From the NCBI GenBank assembly GCA_964618335.1, contig CAZTYI010000001.1, positions 1 to 57,918 of the forward strand: a stretch of 57,918 nucleotides of DNA. The letters are read 5' to 3'. Made by a program: the position numbers and the translations under genes. The DNA comes from an uncultured bacterium (GTDB lineage: Bacteria; Chlamydiota; Chlamydiia; Chlamydiales; SM23-39). The notes beneath the pieces were generated by a model. The model saw only the letters and a program-made list of their open reading frames with translations, was not told where the DNA came from and made no database searches. Positions 46,719 to 56,327 of the stretch are shown piece by piece (position 1 is the first letter of the stretch; each line of letters opens with the position of its first letter).

Positions 46719-47303
46719 ATGAATATAGAATTTTTCTCGCTGAAAGAATTATTTGGTGGACTCTTAGTTGGAACTCTTTTTGGTTTTTTTCTAAGAAAAG
46801 GCAATGTCACTCGCTCTTCTACGATTATCGGACAACTGCTTTTAAAAGATTTTACGGTCATGAAAGTGATTATGACGGCCATCGCCACCGGTAGCCTTTG
46901 GCTGTTTATTTTAAAGGGTTCTTTTGCATCAATCACTATCAACCCTATTATCAGTTCAACTACTCTGCTAGCCGCTTTAATTGGCGGAGGGATTTTCGGT
47001 TTAGGCATGGCTATGGTCGGATATTGCCCAGGAACTTGTGTCGGAGCCTTAGCTGAAAAAGACAAGAGCGCCTGGTTTGGCTTTGTAGGTATGCTTGTAG
47101 GATCTGCTATATATGCAGAAATCTTTCCTAAAATACAGCATTTCAAACCATTGAAAGAGATTAATAAAAGCACTCTATATGATTTTTTTCAAATTTCTCC
47201 CTGGCTGATTGAAAGTTTAGTTTTACTTGCTGTAGCAACACTGCTTGTGATTGATTTGAAAAGCTTTTACAAAAGCAAAACATCAACGATAAAAATAGAC
47301 TAG
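46719..47303 (+). CDS. YeeE/YedE-family membrane protein, half 2
   Basis: A polytopic protein with the motif GMAMVGYCPGTCVGA. It lies immediately downstream of half 1, the arrangement seen in split YeeE/YedE pairs. Confidence 0.75.
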   Translation: MNIEFFSLKELFGGLLVGTLFGFFLRKGNVTRSSTIIGQLLLKDFTVMKVIMTAIATGSLWLFILKGSFASITINPIISSTTLLAALIGGGIFGLGMAMVGYCPGTCVGALAEKDKSAWFGFVGMLVGSAIYAEIFPKIQHFKPLKEINKSTLYDFFQISPWLIESLVLLAVATLLVIDLKSFYKSKTSTIKID

Positions 47304-47377
47304 TCAAACTTCGTTTACTTGAAAAAATAAAGTTTAGAGGAACAAATTTTACTGGTGTTTTTTTTGATCAAAATAAA

Positions 47378-48250
47378 TTAAGCAAAATCCATTTTTTCAC
47401 AATTTTGACAGATAGGATATGCAGCAAGATCACCCAATTTATGCCTTAAAAGAAAATTAAAATATTTCTCATTGGCAAAAACCTGCTCAAGACTCTCTTT
47501 TTTTAAATTACCAAAACAAATTGTAGAATTATAATCATAACAGCAAGGGATAACATTCAGATCCCAAGTGATATTTAAGATCTGTTTTCTAATTCCCCCA
47601 ACCACAGGGCAAAGAGCTTTAAGATTTGGAGCATTATATTTTCTGCCATCTCCAAAGTTATGAAAAGCATAAGATTTGCCCACATCAAATTCTAATTTTT
47701 TCAAAAAAGCAAAAAAATCCTTTCCTGGCTTTAAAGACAAGTCGGGAGAACTCTTGATAAAAACTTGAAAAAAATTAGATTTTTTTTGAGCCTGGCTTAA
47801 AAGTAAAAGATTTTGTTTTACGATTTCAAAACCATCATAGCCATGAATCTCTTGATAAGTTTTTTTAGTAAAACCATATAAACTGACCATCAAAGCATCT
47901 AGTCCTGCATCGATCAATTTTAAAAAATAATCATTTTTCAGCTTTACCCCTAAAGTAGAAATAATCTGAGCTTTTGATTTAGGAAACTTTTTTTTGAGCA
48001 ATTTTATTTTTTCGAATAAATTTTGATCTAAAAGGGCTTCTCCAAATCCATGTAAATGAAAAGTTCCTTCAAATTGTTCTAAATACTCTAGACGCTGTAA
48101 AACTAATTTAAAATCCTCAACAGACATTACTCCTAGCTTTCTAGAAAGCTTATCTCTAGGACACATCTTACATTTATACAAACAGCAATTGGTATTTTCT
48201 ATGTGAATTTCTTTGAATTTTAAATAGTGACAAATTTTTGCAGATTTCAT
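47378..48250 (-). CDS. radical SAM enzyme with SPASM/twitch-like C-terminal Cys cluster
   Basis: It has CX3CX2C (C23 LYK C27 KM C30), a GGE-like motif (GFGEALL), and a C-terminal CPVVGG...VIPCCYDYNSTICFGNL...ICQNC. Confidence 0.8.
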   Translation of the reverse strand: MKSAKICHYLKFKEIHIENTNCCLYKCKMCPRDKLSRKLGVMSVEDFKLVLQRLEYLEQFEGTFHLHGFGEALLDQNLFEKIKLLKKKFPKSKAQIISTLGVKLKNDYFLKLIDAGLDALMVSLYGFTKKTYQEIHGYDGFEIVKQNLLLLSQAQKKSNFFQVFIKSSPDLSLKPGKDFFAFLKKLEFDVGKSYAFHNFGDGRKYNAPNLKALCPVVGGIRKQILNITWDLNVIPCCYDYNSTICFGNLKKESLEQVFANEKYFNFLLRHKLGDLAAYPICQNCEKMDFA

Positions 48251-48318
48251 GAAAAAGATCCCTTGGATACTCGGTAATTCATTGCCGAGTTGGTTGACTT
48301 ACAACGCCTGCCCTAAAA

Positions 48319-48858
48319 TTATTTACCAGCAGTCTTATCATTAACCGGTTTTTTATGATAAACCAGCCAAAAAATAACGCCTGCGGCAACGATTGCAACC
48401 GGCAATATAATGGCGTAAAGATACTGCTCTAAAAAAGCTACCCCGTAAGCAAAAAAACCTAATATCAATCCAATAAAAATAAAAGTCGCTTCTATATAAA
48501 TCCCAGCTAAAAAAGTAGTTAAAGCCAGCATGGCCAAAGCCACAAGCCCAGCCTCAAAACGCCCAATTAAACCAATAGAGACAAATTTAGAAAGCAGATA
48601 AAGAGCTAGAACCAGTCCGAACCAATGCAAAATCTCATGCCAAAGATCAGAGAAAGAAAAACCTTCCTTTTCCCGTAGATACCAGCTCATCCAAAGAGAA
48701 GCAAAAGCATAAACAGGAGTGATGAGACGCCAATACAACCAACCTCCATCTTGAAAGATATCAGTTGCGATCAAACCTAAAAAACCCAGGATAAGCAAAA
48801 ACAAGCTAACAACAAAACGAACTTTCCAAGGATACTTATGAGTAGTATTTTCTGACAT
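48319..48858 (-). CDS. polytopic membrane protein (hypothetical), upstream of the radical SAM gene
   Basis: It has about 5-6 TM spans. ATG 48858 (MSENTTHKYPWK) is preceded by AGAGG, so I prefer it to the ORF-track TTG start at 48942. Confidence 0.55.
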   Translation of the reverse strand: MSENTTHKYPWKVRFVVSLFLLILGFLGLIATDIFQDGGWLYWRLITPVYAFASLWMSWYLREKEGFSFSDLWHEILHWFGLVLALYLLSKFVSIGLIGRFEAGLVALAMLALTTFLAGIYIEATFIFIGLILGFFAYGVAFLEQYLYAIILPVAIVAAGVIFWLVYHKKPVNDKTAGK

Positions 48859-49019
48859 AAAACCTCTGAGGTCAAATCTGATTATAAATAAATAATATTT
48901 TTTTAAAATGATAAAAAACTTTTCTAAATTATCTTGAAGCAATAAATATTGATTCTATCAATGTTTATTGCTATTTTAACTTTTAAGAAGTTCTACTCTA
49001 AAACCCTGAAGAGGATATT

Positions 49020-49505
49020 ATGAATAACAGTTCTTTTCTTATTCGCTTCGCACAAAAAAAAGATCTAGCTCTGGTCTTTCAAATGATTAAAGAACTGGCA
49101 GATTTTCATGATCTCTCAGATAAAGTCAAAGCTAATGAAGAAATTCTTAAACAAAGTCTTTTTGAAGATCCTAAAGGACCGGACGTGCTGATTGCAGAAG
49201 AAAATCAAGAACCTGTTGGTTTTATAGTTTTTTTTCAAAACTTTTCCACTTTTTTGGGAAAAGAGGGCATTTATATAGATGATCTTTACATACGAGAAAA
49301 ACATCGCTCAAAAGGCTACGGTAAAGCCCTTTTAAAAGAAGTTTGCCGTATAGCTGAAAAAAGAAAATGCGGCCGGGTAGAATGGAAAGTGCTGAAAGGA
49401 AATCAAAAAGCGATTGGCTTTTATCAGAAAATGGGCGCCATTCCAGCTTCGGAATGGACGACCTTTAGACTGACTGAAAAAGCTTTTAAAGAACTACTTA
49501 ATTGA
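49020..49505 (+). CDS. GNAT N-acetyltransferase (diamine/SSAT-like)
   Basis: It has the acetyl-CoA binding block IYIDDLYIREKHRSKGYGKALL followed by VEWKVLKGNQKAIGFYQKMGA, which resembles spermidine/spermine acetyltransferases. Confidence 0.8.
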   Translation: MNNSSFLIRFAQKKDLALVFQMIKELADFHDLSDKVKANEEILKQSLFEDPKGPDVLIAEENQEPVGFIVFFQNFSTFLGKEGIYIDDLYIREKHRSKGYGKALLKEVCRIAEKRKCGRVEWKVLKGNQKAIGFYQKMGAIPASEWTTFRLTEKAFKELLN

Positions 49506-49566
49506 AAGTATCCAACAATTAAAATACGTTGAATTCTAGCTTTAAGCAATCTTCACGTAAATCGTT

Positions 49567-49770
49567 TTACTTCTTCTTACAGGTGTTTCTTCCCAAAATC
49601 TGATACAGCCCGCACCAGCTGGTCAGAGCTTCGAAAAATAAAAACAATGAGATAAGAAATAGTATTAAGCTTGAAAACCAATAAGATAAAATCAGAAACA
49701 CAAAGCCTAGACCTGCTCTAACTAAACGGTCTATATCACCCATATTTTTAATAATTTTCATACTTATCAT
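49567..49770 (-). CDS. DUF2892-family small membrane protein (YgaP-like)
   Basis: 67 aa with an N-terminal NMGDIDRLVRAGLG, two TM spans, and a C-terminal W-CGLYQILG..TC motif typical of DUF2892. Confidence 0.65.
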   Translation of the reverse strand: MISMKIIKNMGDIDRLVRAGLGFVFLILSYWFSSLILFLISLFLFFEALTSWCGLYQILGRNTCKKK

Positions 49771-50030
49771 CTCCTCTTCGTTTTTATTTTTCTTTTGCCA
49801 TGACTAAGATTTTCAGACAAGCAAGATTAAATTTAGAGCTCTTTTAAAAGCTTAAAATATAAAAAACACATAAGACTTTTTTTGAATTTCAATGAATTAT
49901 TTCCATTAATAACAACTACTGATATAATCTTTTATACCATCTTCATTGATAAACAATTAAGAACTCTATAATCAAAATGTGCTATAGTTAGATTATAGGG
50001 TTTTAACATTTAAAGACTTATACAAAAATT

Positions 50031-51851
50031 ATGTTCAAACCGGAAAAAATACGCAATATTGCAATTATCGCTCACATCGACCACGGCAAAACCACCCTGC
50101 TCGACAGTCTTTTGAAACAATCTACTATCTTTCATGATTATGAAAAAATCCCTGAAAGAGTCATGGACAGCTATGATCAGGAAAAAGAAAGAGGAATTAC
50201 CATCTTTTCCAAACATACCTCTATTTTCTATAAAGATTTCAAAATCAACATTATCGATACCCCTGGCCATGCTGATTTTTCCGGTGAAGTGGAAAGAGTT
50301 CTGGATATGGTTAACTGCGTCTTATTACTGGTTGATGCTAAAGAAGGCCCTATGCCACAAACCCGCTTTGTCTTGATGAAATCCCTGCAAATGGGTCTGA
50401 AACCTATTGTAGTCTTGAATAAAATCGACCGTCCGCATGTTAATCCTGAAAGAAGTCTGAATTTAACTTTTGATTTATTTGTGGAGCTGGGAGCTACTGA
50501 TGAACAGCTTGATTTCTCTTATTGTTATGCCTCTGGTCTAAATGGTTTTGCTCAAACCAACCTGGATGATCCTCAGGAAAACATGCAGCCTCTCTTTGAA
50601 TTAATCATTCAAAAAGCTCCTGCTCCGGATGGAGATCTCAATGCACCCTTTCTAATGCAAGCAGCCTCAATAGACTATGATAATTATGTAGGAAGACAGG
50701 CCTGCGGAAGAATCCTCAATGGTAAAGCTATTACAGGCATGCCAATTTATAAAATCGATAAAAATGGCAAGCAAGAAAATTACAAAATCCAACGTATTCA
50801 AGGACATCATGGCTTAAAAAAAGTTGAAATTAAAGAAGCCGGCGTAGGAGATATAGTTATTATATCAGGCGTAGAAAATGTGACTATCGGCGATACGCTT
50901 TGCGCTTTAGACAATACCGTCAAACTAAAACCAATCAACATTGAAGAACCCACACTCTCTATCGACATCATGGTTAATTCAGGACCTTTTTCTGGCAAAG
51001 AAGGCAAGAATGTAACCATGAATAAAATTAAAGAACGTTTAATGAGAGAAAAACTGGCCAATGCAACTCTGCGCATTGATGCTCCTACAGGCGTGATTGA
51101 TAAAATCACTGTCGCGGGAAGAGGAGAACTGCACCTATCAGTATTATTGGAAACTCTGAGAAGAGAAAATTTCGAGGTCATAGTATCGAAACCAAAAGTC
51201 ATTACCAAAACCATAGACGGCGTAAAACATGAACCTATCGAAATGGCTCATATAGAAGTGCCGAATGAATTTTCAGGTGCTGTCATCGAAGAGCTTTCTA
51301 AACGAAAAGGTGAAATGCAGTCATTAGATACTAATGAGCATGACATAACACGGATCAACTTTTTAATTCCTACCAGAGGATACATGGGCTGCCACAGCGA
51401 ACTGCTGACCGCCACTAAAGGTTTGATTGTTATGACGGCCATCTTTAATGGATATGCTCCTTGGAAAGGTTTTATTCCTAAAAGAAAAAATGGAGTCTTG
51501 ATTTCTTCCTGCAATGGCATAGCCAATCCTTTTGCCTGTTTTGCGATCCAAAAAAGAGGTGTCTTATTTGTTAAACCAGGTGATCAGGTTTATGAAGGCA
51601 TGATCGTCGGTGAGAATAGCCGTGAAAATGATTTAATCGTAAATATTACAAGAGCTAAACAAATGACTAACGTCCGCTCCAGCGGTAAAGATGAAAATAT
51701 TTTATTAATTCCTCCAAGAAAAATCACTTTGGAAGACGCTATCAATTATATCGAGGATGATGAATTTGTAGAAATCACTCCAAAAAATATTCGTTTTAGA
51801 AAAAGGTCTCTAACCGAAAGTGCCAGAAAACAATCCAGCCGCTCAAAGTAA
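50031..51851 (+). CDS. typA: translational GTPase TypA/BipA
   Basis: It has G1 (AHIDHGKTTL), G3 (DTPGHADF) and G4 (NKID), is 606 aa, and has EF-G-like domains. Confidence 0.93.
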   Translation: MFKPEKIRNIAIIAHIDHGKTTLLDSLLKQSTIFHDYEKIPERVMDSYDQEKERGITIFSKHTSIFYKDFKINIIDTPGHADFSGEVERVLDMVNCVLLLVDAKEGPMPQTRFVLMKSLQMGLKPIVVLNKIDRPHVNPERSLNLTFDLFVELGATDEQLDFSYCYASGLNGFAQTNLDDPQENMQPLFELIIQKAPAPDGDLNAPFLMQAASIDYDNYVGRQACGRILNGKAITGMPIYKIDKNGKQENYKIQRIQGHHGLKKVEIKEAGVGDIVIISGVENVTIGDTLCALDNTVKLKPINIEEPTLSIDIMVNSGPFSGKEGKNVTMNKIKERLMREKLANATLRIDAPTGVIDKITVAGRGELHLSVLLETLRRENFEVIVSKPKVITKTIDGVKHEPIEMAHIEVPNEFSGAVIEELSKRKGEMQSLDTNEHDITRINFLIPTRGYMGCHSELLTATKGLIVMTAIFNGYAPWKGFIPKRKNGVLISSCNGIANPFACFAIQKRGVLFVKPGDQVYEGMIVGENSRENDLIVNITRAKQMTNVRSSGKDENILLIPPRKITLEDAINYIEDDEFVEITPKNIRFRKRSLTESARKQSSRSK

Positions 51852-51859
51852 AATTCTGA

Positions 51860-52501
51860 TTATTTTTGAGTTTTAATACGTTGGAATTGTTGAGTAGCAG
51901 AATCATAAGCAAACATTTCCGCTGTCGCTATCTTAAAAAACCACCCATGCAAACATAGCTTACCCGCTGTCAGTTTATTTGCTACAACCGGATAGGTATG
52001 TAAATTTTCCAGTGCCAGCAAGACATTCTCTTCAGCAGCAGCATTCGTACAAGCCTCAGAGTCTTTTTTTAGATGCTGATAATCTCTTTTAATTAGCTCA
52101 CGGATAGGAGCTGCTAATTCCAGCCATTGATGTAAATGCGGCATGGTTTCTGGCTTAGGCAAGCCTTTTAACAAAGTCTCCATCGCACTACAATGTGAAT
52201 GACCACAAACCACAATATCACTGACTTCAAGCGTCTGCACGGCAAATTCAATCGCCGCTGCCGTTGGATTAGAGCCTTCTACAACATCTTCTGCCGGCAC
52301 GATATTGCCTATGTTCTTTACAACAAAAAGATCGCCAGGCTGACTTTGAGTGATTAATTCTGCTAAGACACGTGAATCAGAACAGGTAATAAATAAAGTA
52401 TGAGGATTCTGACCTTCCTTGGAAAGTCTATGAAAAAGCTTTTGATATTGGCCAAGTTCTTCCTGTCGGAATTTATGAAGACCAGAAATTAGTTTTTGCA
52501 T
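51860..52501 (-). CDS. beta-class carbonic anhydrase
   Basis: It has the zinc ligand contexts CSDSRV and GHSHCSA and is 213 aa. Confidence 0.8.
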   Translation of the reverse strand: MQKLISGLHKFRQEELGQYQKLFHRLSKEGQNPHTLFITCSDSRVLAELITQSQPGDLFVVKNIGNIVPAEDVVEGSNPTAAAIEFAVQTLEVSDIVVCGHSHCSAMETLLKGLPKPETMPHLHQWLELAAPIRELIKRDYQHLKKDSEACTNAAAEENVLLALENLHTYPVVANKLTAGKLCLHGWFFKIATAEMFAYDSATQQFQRIKTQK

Positions 52502-52571
52502 AAATAACCTGTCTTATTTAAAAACTTGCTAGAACTGGCAAAGCAGCTCTAGCAATCAAAACCATTCATAT

Positions 52572-53468
52572 TTAGATTCTGTCCGCAAAGGCTTCTTTTA
52601 ATTTCTTTTCTTTTTGCTTAATCGGTGTTACTCCAGCTAATTCACCAATCACATTAACTAGCTCTGCACCCGCTGGAATAACTACTTTAGCATTTTGGGA
52701 TAAAGCTTTTTCAACAGATTCCAGCTTTCTTAAAAGCTGAGCGTTACCTATAAAATATTTATTAGCTGCTTCGTTTACTAATTTAATGGCTTCAGCTTCA
52801 CCCTGAGCCTGTAAAATTTTACCTTGCTTCACTCCTTCGGCTTTTTTGATCTCTGATCTTTTTTCTCCATCAGCTTCAGTTTCTGTAGCAGTGGCATAAT
52901 CAATCGCAGCTATTTTTTCGTTTTCAGCTTTGACTACTTTATTCATAGTATCCTGTACATCTCTTGGAGGATCGATTTCTTTTAGCTCTGTTCTGACGAT
53001 CTCGATACCCCAGCTAGAGGTTTCTTCTTTGAGAGTTAAATATAGATCAGAATTAATCTTGCCTCTTTCGCTATTAGCTGATTTTAAGGTTAGAGTTCCA
53101 ATAATATTTCTAAGGGTACTTTGTGCCAAACAGACGATCTGCCAGCGATAATTATCAACATTGTACTGTGAATTTTTAACATTTTGCTCATCTAATTTCA
53201 CTTTAAAATAGACTTGCGCATCGACTTTGGCATTTAAATTATCATTCGTAATAATCTCTTGTGGTTTAGCATCTACCATCTGTTCAGTAGTGTTAACTTG
53301 ATAAATGTGCTCAATACCTAAAGGAAGAATCCAGTTCAAGCCTGGCTCTGCAAAACGCTTGTATTTTCCAAACCTCTCCACTAAACCACGATGGGTTGGG
53401 CGGACAATCCTGACTCCCTGCATACCTAAAAATAATGTAATACCAATAATCATCCAGATCATGAACAT
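52572..53468 (-). CDS. SPFH/band-7 (stomatin/QmcA-like) membrane protein
   Basis: It has an N-terminal TM span, an SPFH core (VRIVRPTHRGLVERFGKY ... GIEIVRTELKEIDPP) and a C-terminal coiled coil. Confidence 0.85.
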   Translation of the reverse strand: MFMIWMIIGITLFLGMQGVRIVRPTHRGLVERFGKYKRFAEPGLNWILPLGIEHIYQVNTTEQMVDAKPQEIITNDNLNAKVDAQVYFKVKLDEQNVKNSQYNVDNYRWQIVCLAQSTLRNIIGTLTLKSANSERGKINSDLYLTLKEETSSWGIEIVRTELKEIDPPRDVQDTMNKVVKAENEKIAAIDYATATETEADGEKRSEIKKAEGVKQGKILQAQGEAEAIKLVNEAANKYFIGNAQLLRKLESVEKALSQNAKVVIPAGAELVNVIGELAGVTPIKQKEKKLKEAFADRI

Positions 53469-53733
53469 ATTTTCCTCCTTTGCTCTTTGCTTTTATCCCT
53501 CTTTGAGAGAGGAACCTAAGTTTACTATATCCTTCGTTTAAATCCGTAAAAAATGTTCTTTTTTAGGGTTAAAGCTTGCAAATACAAAATTCAAAAACAT
53601 ACTTTATTTAGAAGTAAAAGATTCTTTTAATTTTAATTTAAATAATTAGTATTATGTTAAACTTTTATTTTACTATTGTAATTAACTTTAAATAAGATAG
53701 TATCATCTACCAAAACAACCAAAAAGGATTGTT

Positions 53734-54498
53734 ATGTTAAAAAAAACATGCGCTTCTTGTCTCCTAGCTTCTTTTGTTTTCAGCTCTCTTTTCGCTCAAG
53801 AAAAAACCGCTAAACTATCTGAAGAAACAATTGCTTCGGCAAATGTCATCGAATTAAGTGAAAGTCAAGATTTTTCAGAAATTCAATTAAATGACGAAGA
53901 AACTAATACTTCCGAGACTTCTAAAAAGAAATTATCTAAAAAATCTAATCCTTTAATCATTATCAATGTGGGAAAAGAAAAAGCTTTCGACTCTAAAGCT
54001 GCAGAACCTAAAACCCAGCCAAAAACTAAAAAAACAGCAGAAAAAGTCTCAGATTCAACAAAACAAGTAGATTCTGAATTAGGCTACTTTTCAGTGGGTC
54101 TAGGACCTTTTCCTTTTCCTCTGCCTGCTTTCGGCTTAGGTTTTCGTAAGCAAGTTAACAACTTTGGTTTAGATGTTTCTGCACAAGTTTCAACACTAGT
54201 GTTTGTAACACAAGTTAAAACCAGTCTGCTTTATCAATATTTTCCTAAACCAAACCTAGACTCAGAATTTTACATAGGTGTAGGACCAGCTTTAAGCGGT
54301 CTTTTTGGCGCTTATGGATGTAAGTCAGAGTTTTTGATTTCTCCTGAACTTGCTTTAGGTAGACAATATAAGACTAAAACTGACAATACACGTTTTATAG
54401 AAATGCGTGTTAATTTCCCATCCTATGTTCCTGCCTCTCGCCATAATAAAGTAATGTGGATGCCTTTAGTTATGTTTAATTATGGAATGGGTTTTTAG
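53734..54498 (+). CDS. predicted outer-membrane protein (hypothetical)
   Basis: It has a signal peptide (MLKKTCASCLLASFVFSSLFA), a Lys/Ser-rich linker, and a C-terminal ~130-aa beta-rich domain ending ...MFNYGMGF with a terminal Phe. Confidence 0.5.
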   Translation: MLKKTCASCLLASFVFSSLFAQEKTAKLSEETIASANVIELSESQDFSEIQLNDEETNTSETSKKKLSKKSNPLIIINVGKEKAFDSKAAEPKTQPKTKKTAEKVSDSTKQVDSELGYFSVGLGPFPFPLPAFGLGFRKQVNNFGLDVSAQVSTLVFVTQVKTSLLYQYFPKPNLDSEFYIGVGPALSGLFGAYGCKSEFLISPELALGRQYKTKTDNTRFIEMRVNFPSYVPASRHNKVMWMPLVMFNYGMGF

Positions 54499-54511
54499 TA
54501 GAGAATCTATA

Positions 54512-54538
54512 CAAAAAAAGCTCAGCTGCTTTTGAGCT
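54512..54538 (-). terminator. weak intrinsic terminator after the ABC-F gene
   Basis: On the minus strand, the hairpin AGCTCA-aaagcagc-TGAGCT (a 6-bp stem) is followed by T7. Confidence 0.4.
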
Positions 54539-54545
54539 AAGGCAG

Positions 54546-56327
54546 CTAAGCTTTTTTATCCAATTCATCCCATCTGATATAAAGCCTTTCTATTTTGTTC
54601 TCTAAAATAGCCAGCTCTTTACAAATCTCGCCTAAACGCTCTTGTTTTTGAATTACATCTGTTTGAGTAAGCAAGTCGTTAAACTTTGTTCTCTCTATTT
54701 CTAACTGAGGGAGATTTTTTTCAATCTCTTTTAACTCTTTGCTTTCTGCATAGGTAAGTTTTTTACTCGTATTAGATTTTTTTAAAGGCTTTGCTTTTAC
54801 TTTTACAGGATTGAAAACCGGCTTTCTAGATGCCTCATATTGGGCATAATCAGAAAAAACAGTAATTTGGTCTTTATTTTCTAAAGATATTATGGAATTG
54901 CAAACCCTATCAATTAAAAATCTATCGTGAGTTATAAGCACTATAGCTCCACTAAAATCCAAAAGACTTTTTTCTAAAGTCTCTAAAGTTTGAATATCTA
55001 AATCATTGGTAGGCTCATCTAAAAGCAGGACATCAGCAGGCTCGAGCAAAAGATGCGCTATCGCTATCCTAGCCCTTTCACCACCTGATAAGTTTTTAAT
55101 TTTTAAATCTAAAATATTTTTGGGGAACAAAAATCTTTGAGCCCAAGCATTAACATGAATCTTCTGCTTTTGAAAATGCACAAATTCACCACTTGGACAA
55201 AGAGCTTCTTTAAGAGTTAGCTCTGCATCTAATTGCATTCTATGTTGATCAAAATAGACAACTTTTAAATTCTCAGCTTTTTTAATAATCCCGCTATCTG
55301 GAATTAGCTCTTCTGCTATTAATTTTAAAAGCGTTGTTTTTCCTGATCCGTTAGAGCCTATCAGACCAATTCTAGTTTTAGGAGAAAGCATAAAACTCAA
55401 GTTTTTAAAAAGCTCTTTACCTCCCATACTTTTAGAAACTGATTTTAGAGTTATTAGTTTCTTAGTTCCCCTATCAGTTGAAATAAAATCTATTTGGGTT
55501 TTTTGACTTTGATTTCTTTTTTTAAGATTTGATAACTGCTCAAATATTTCATAAGCCTCGTTGATTCTTGATGTGGATTTAGTAGTTCTCGCTTTTACAC
55601 CTTGTTTCAACCACTCACCCTCTCTTCGAGCTTTTGAATTTAATGACTTTTCTTGTTGCAATTGTCCTGCTAAAAAAGTTTCTTTTTGCTTTAAAAATTC
55701 TAAGTAAGTTCCTTCACAGACAAAACTATCTTTGGGATACACTTTTGAAATCTCGATAATTTTATTACAGACATTTTGCAAAAAATATCTGTCATGAGAG
55801 ACAAAAATCAAGTTTAAAACTTTTTTTTGTAAAAAATTCTCAAGCCATAAAAGAGATTCTAAATCCAAATGGTTAGTTGGTTCATCTAAAAGTAGTAGGT
55901 CTGGTGACAATATAATTGAGGCTGCTATAGATAGTCTTTTTTGCCAGCCTCCGGATAGTTTTGAAGCATCTCTTGAAAAATCTTCAAAGCCAACCTTGCT
56001 CAACCATTTTTCAACCATTAATTTCTTATCAGATTCCGATAAAGGCTCATTTTTAAGAGCATCGAACAAAACATCTTTAACTGATTTGCTTTCATATACA
56101 ACACTTTGTGGAACGTAAACGATTTTTAAAGAACGTTTAGCAACGACTTCACCCTCATCACTGCTCTCTAAACCTGCTAAAATTTTTAATAGGGTAGATT
56201 TGCCGGATCCATTCGGTCCAATCAGACCTATTTTGTCCCTCTTAAAAACAGAGAAAGAGAGGTTTTTAAATAGCTCTTTAGAGCTATATGATTTTGATAA
56301 GTTGTTGGTATTTAATAATAGACTCAT
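54546..56327 (-). CDS. ABC-F family ATPase (Uup/EttA-like)
   Basis: It has two tandem NBDs (GPNGSGKST / LSGGWQKRL and GSNGSGKTT / LSGGERARI), no TM domain, and a C-terminal coiled coil. Confidence 0.85.
   Translation of the reverse strand: MSLLLNTNNLSKSYSSKELFKNLSFSVFKRDKIGLIGPNGSGKSTLLKILAGLESSDEGEVVAKRSLKIVYVPQSVVYESKSVKDVLFDALKNEPLSESDKKLMVEKWLSKVGFEDFSRDASKLSGGWQKRLSIAASIILSPDLLLLDEPTNHLDLESLLWLENFLQKKVLNLIFVSHDRYFLQNVCNKIIEISKVYPKDSFVCEGTYLEFLKQKETFLAGQLQQEKSLNSKARREGEWLKQGVKARTTKSTSRINEAYEIFEQLSNLKKRNQSQKTQIDFISTDRGTKKLITLKSVSKSMGGKELFKNLSFMLSPKTRIGLIGSNGSGKTTLLKLIAEELIPDSGIIKKAENLKVVYFDQHRMQLDAELTLKEALCPSGEFVHFQKQKIHVNAWAQRFLFPKNILDLKIKNLSGGERARIAIAHLLLEPADVLLLDEPTNDLDIQTLETLEKSLLDFSGAIVLITHDRFLIDRVCNSIISLENKDQITVFSDYAQYEASRKPVFNPVKVKAKPLKKSNTSKKLTYAESKELKEIEKNLPQLEIERTKFNDLLTQTDVIQKQERLGEICKELAILENKIERLYIRWDELDKKA

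Noticed and set aside
49978-50000. The motif CTATAGTTAG plus a following TATAG hairpin upstream of typA also occurs in the acpP terminator hairpin (8471-8489). I considered whether this is a dispersed palindromic repeat element.
   Set aside because: Only a 10-mer is shared. In ~58 kb of AT-rich sequence read on both strands, a single repeated AT-rich 10-mer is near chance expectation. Genome-wide counting would be needed to revive the idea.
50010-50270. An 86-aa minus-strand ORF antisense to the typA 5' end.
   Set aside because: It lies fully opposite the highly conserved GTPase G-domain coding sequence and is a shadow ORF.
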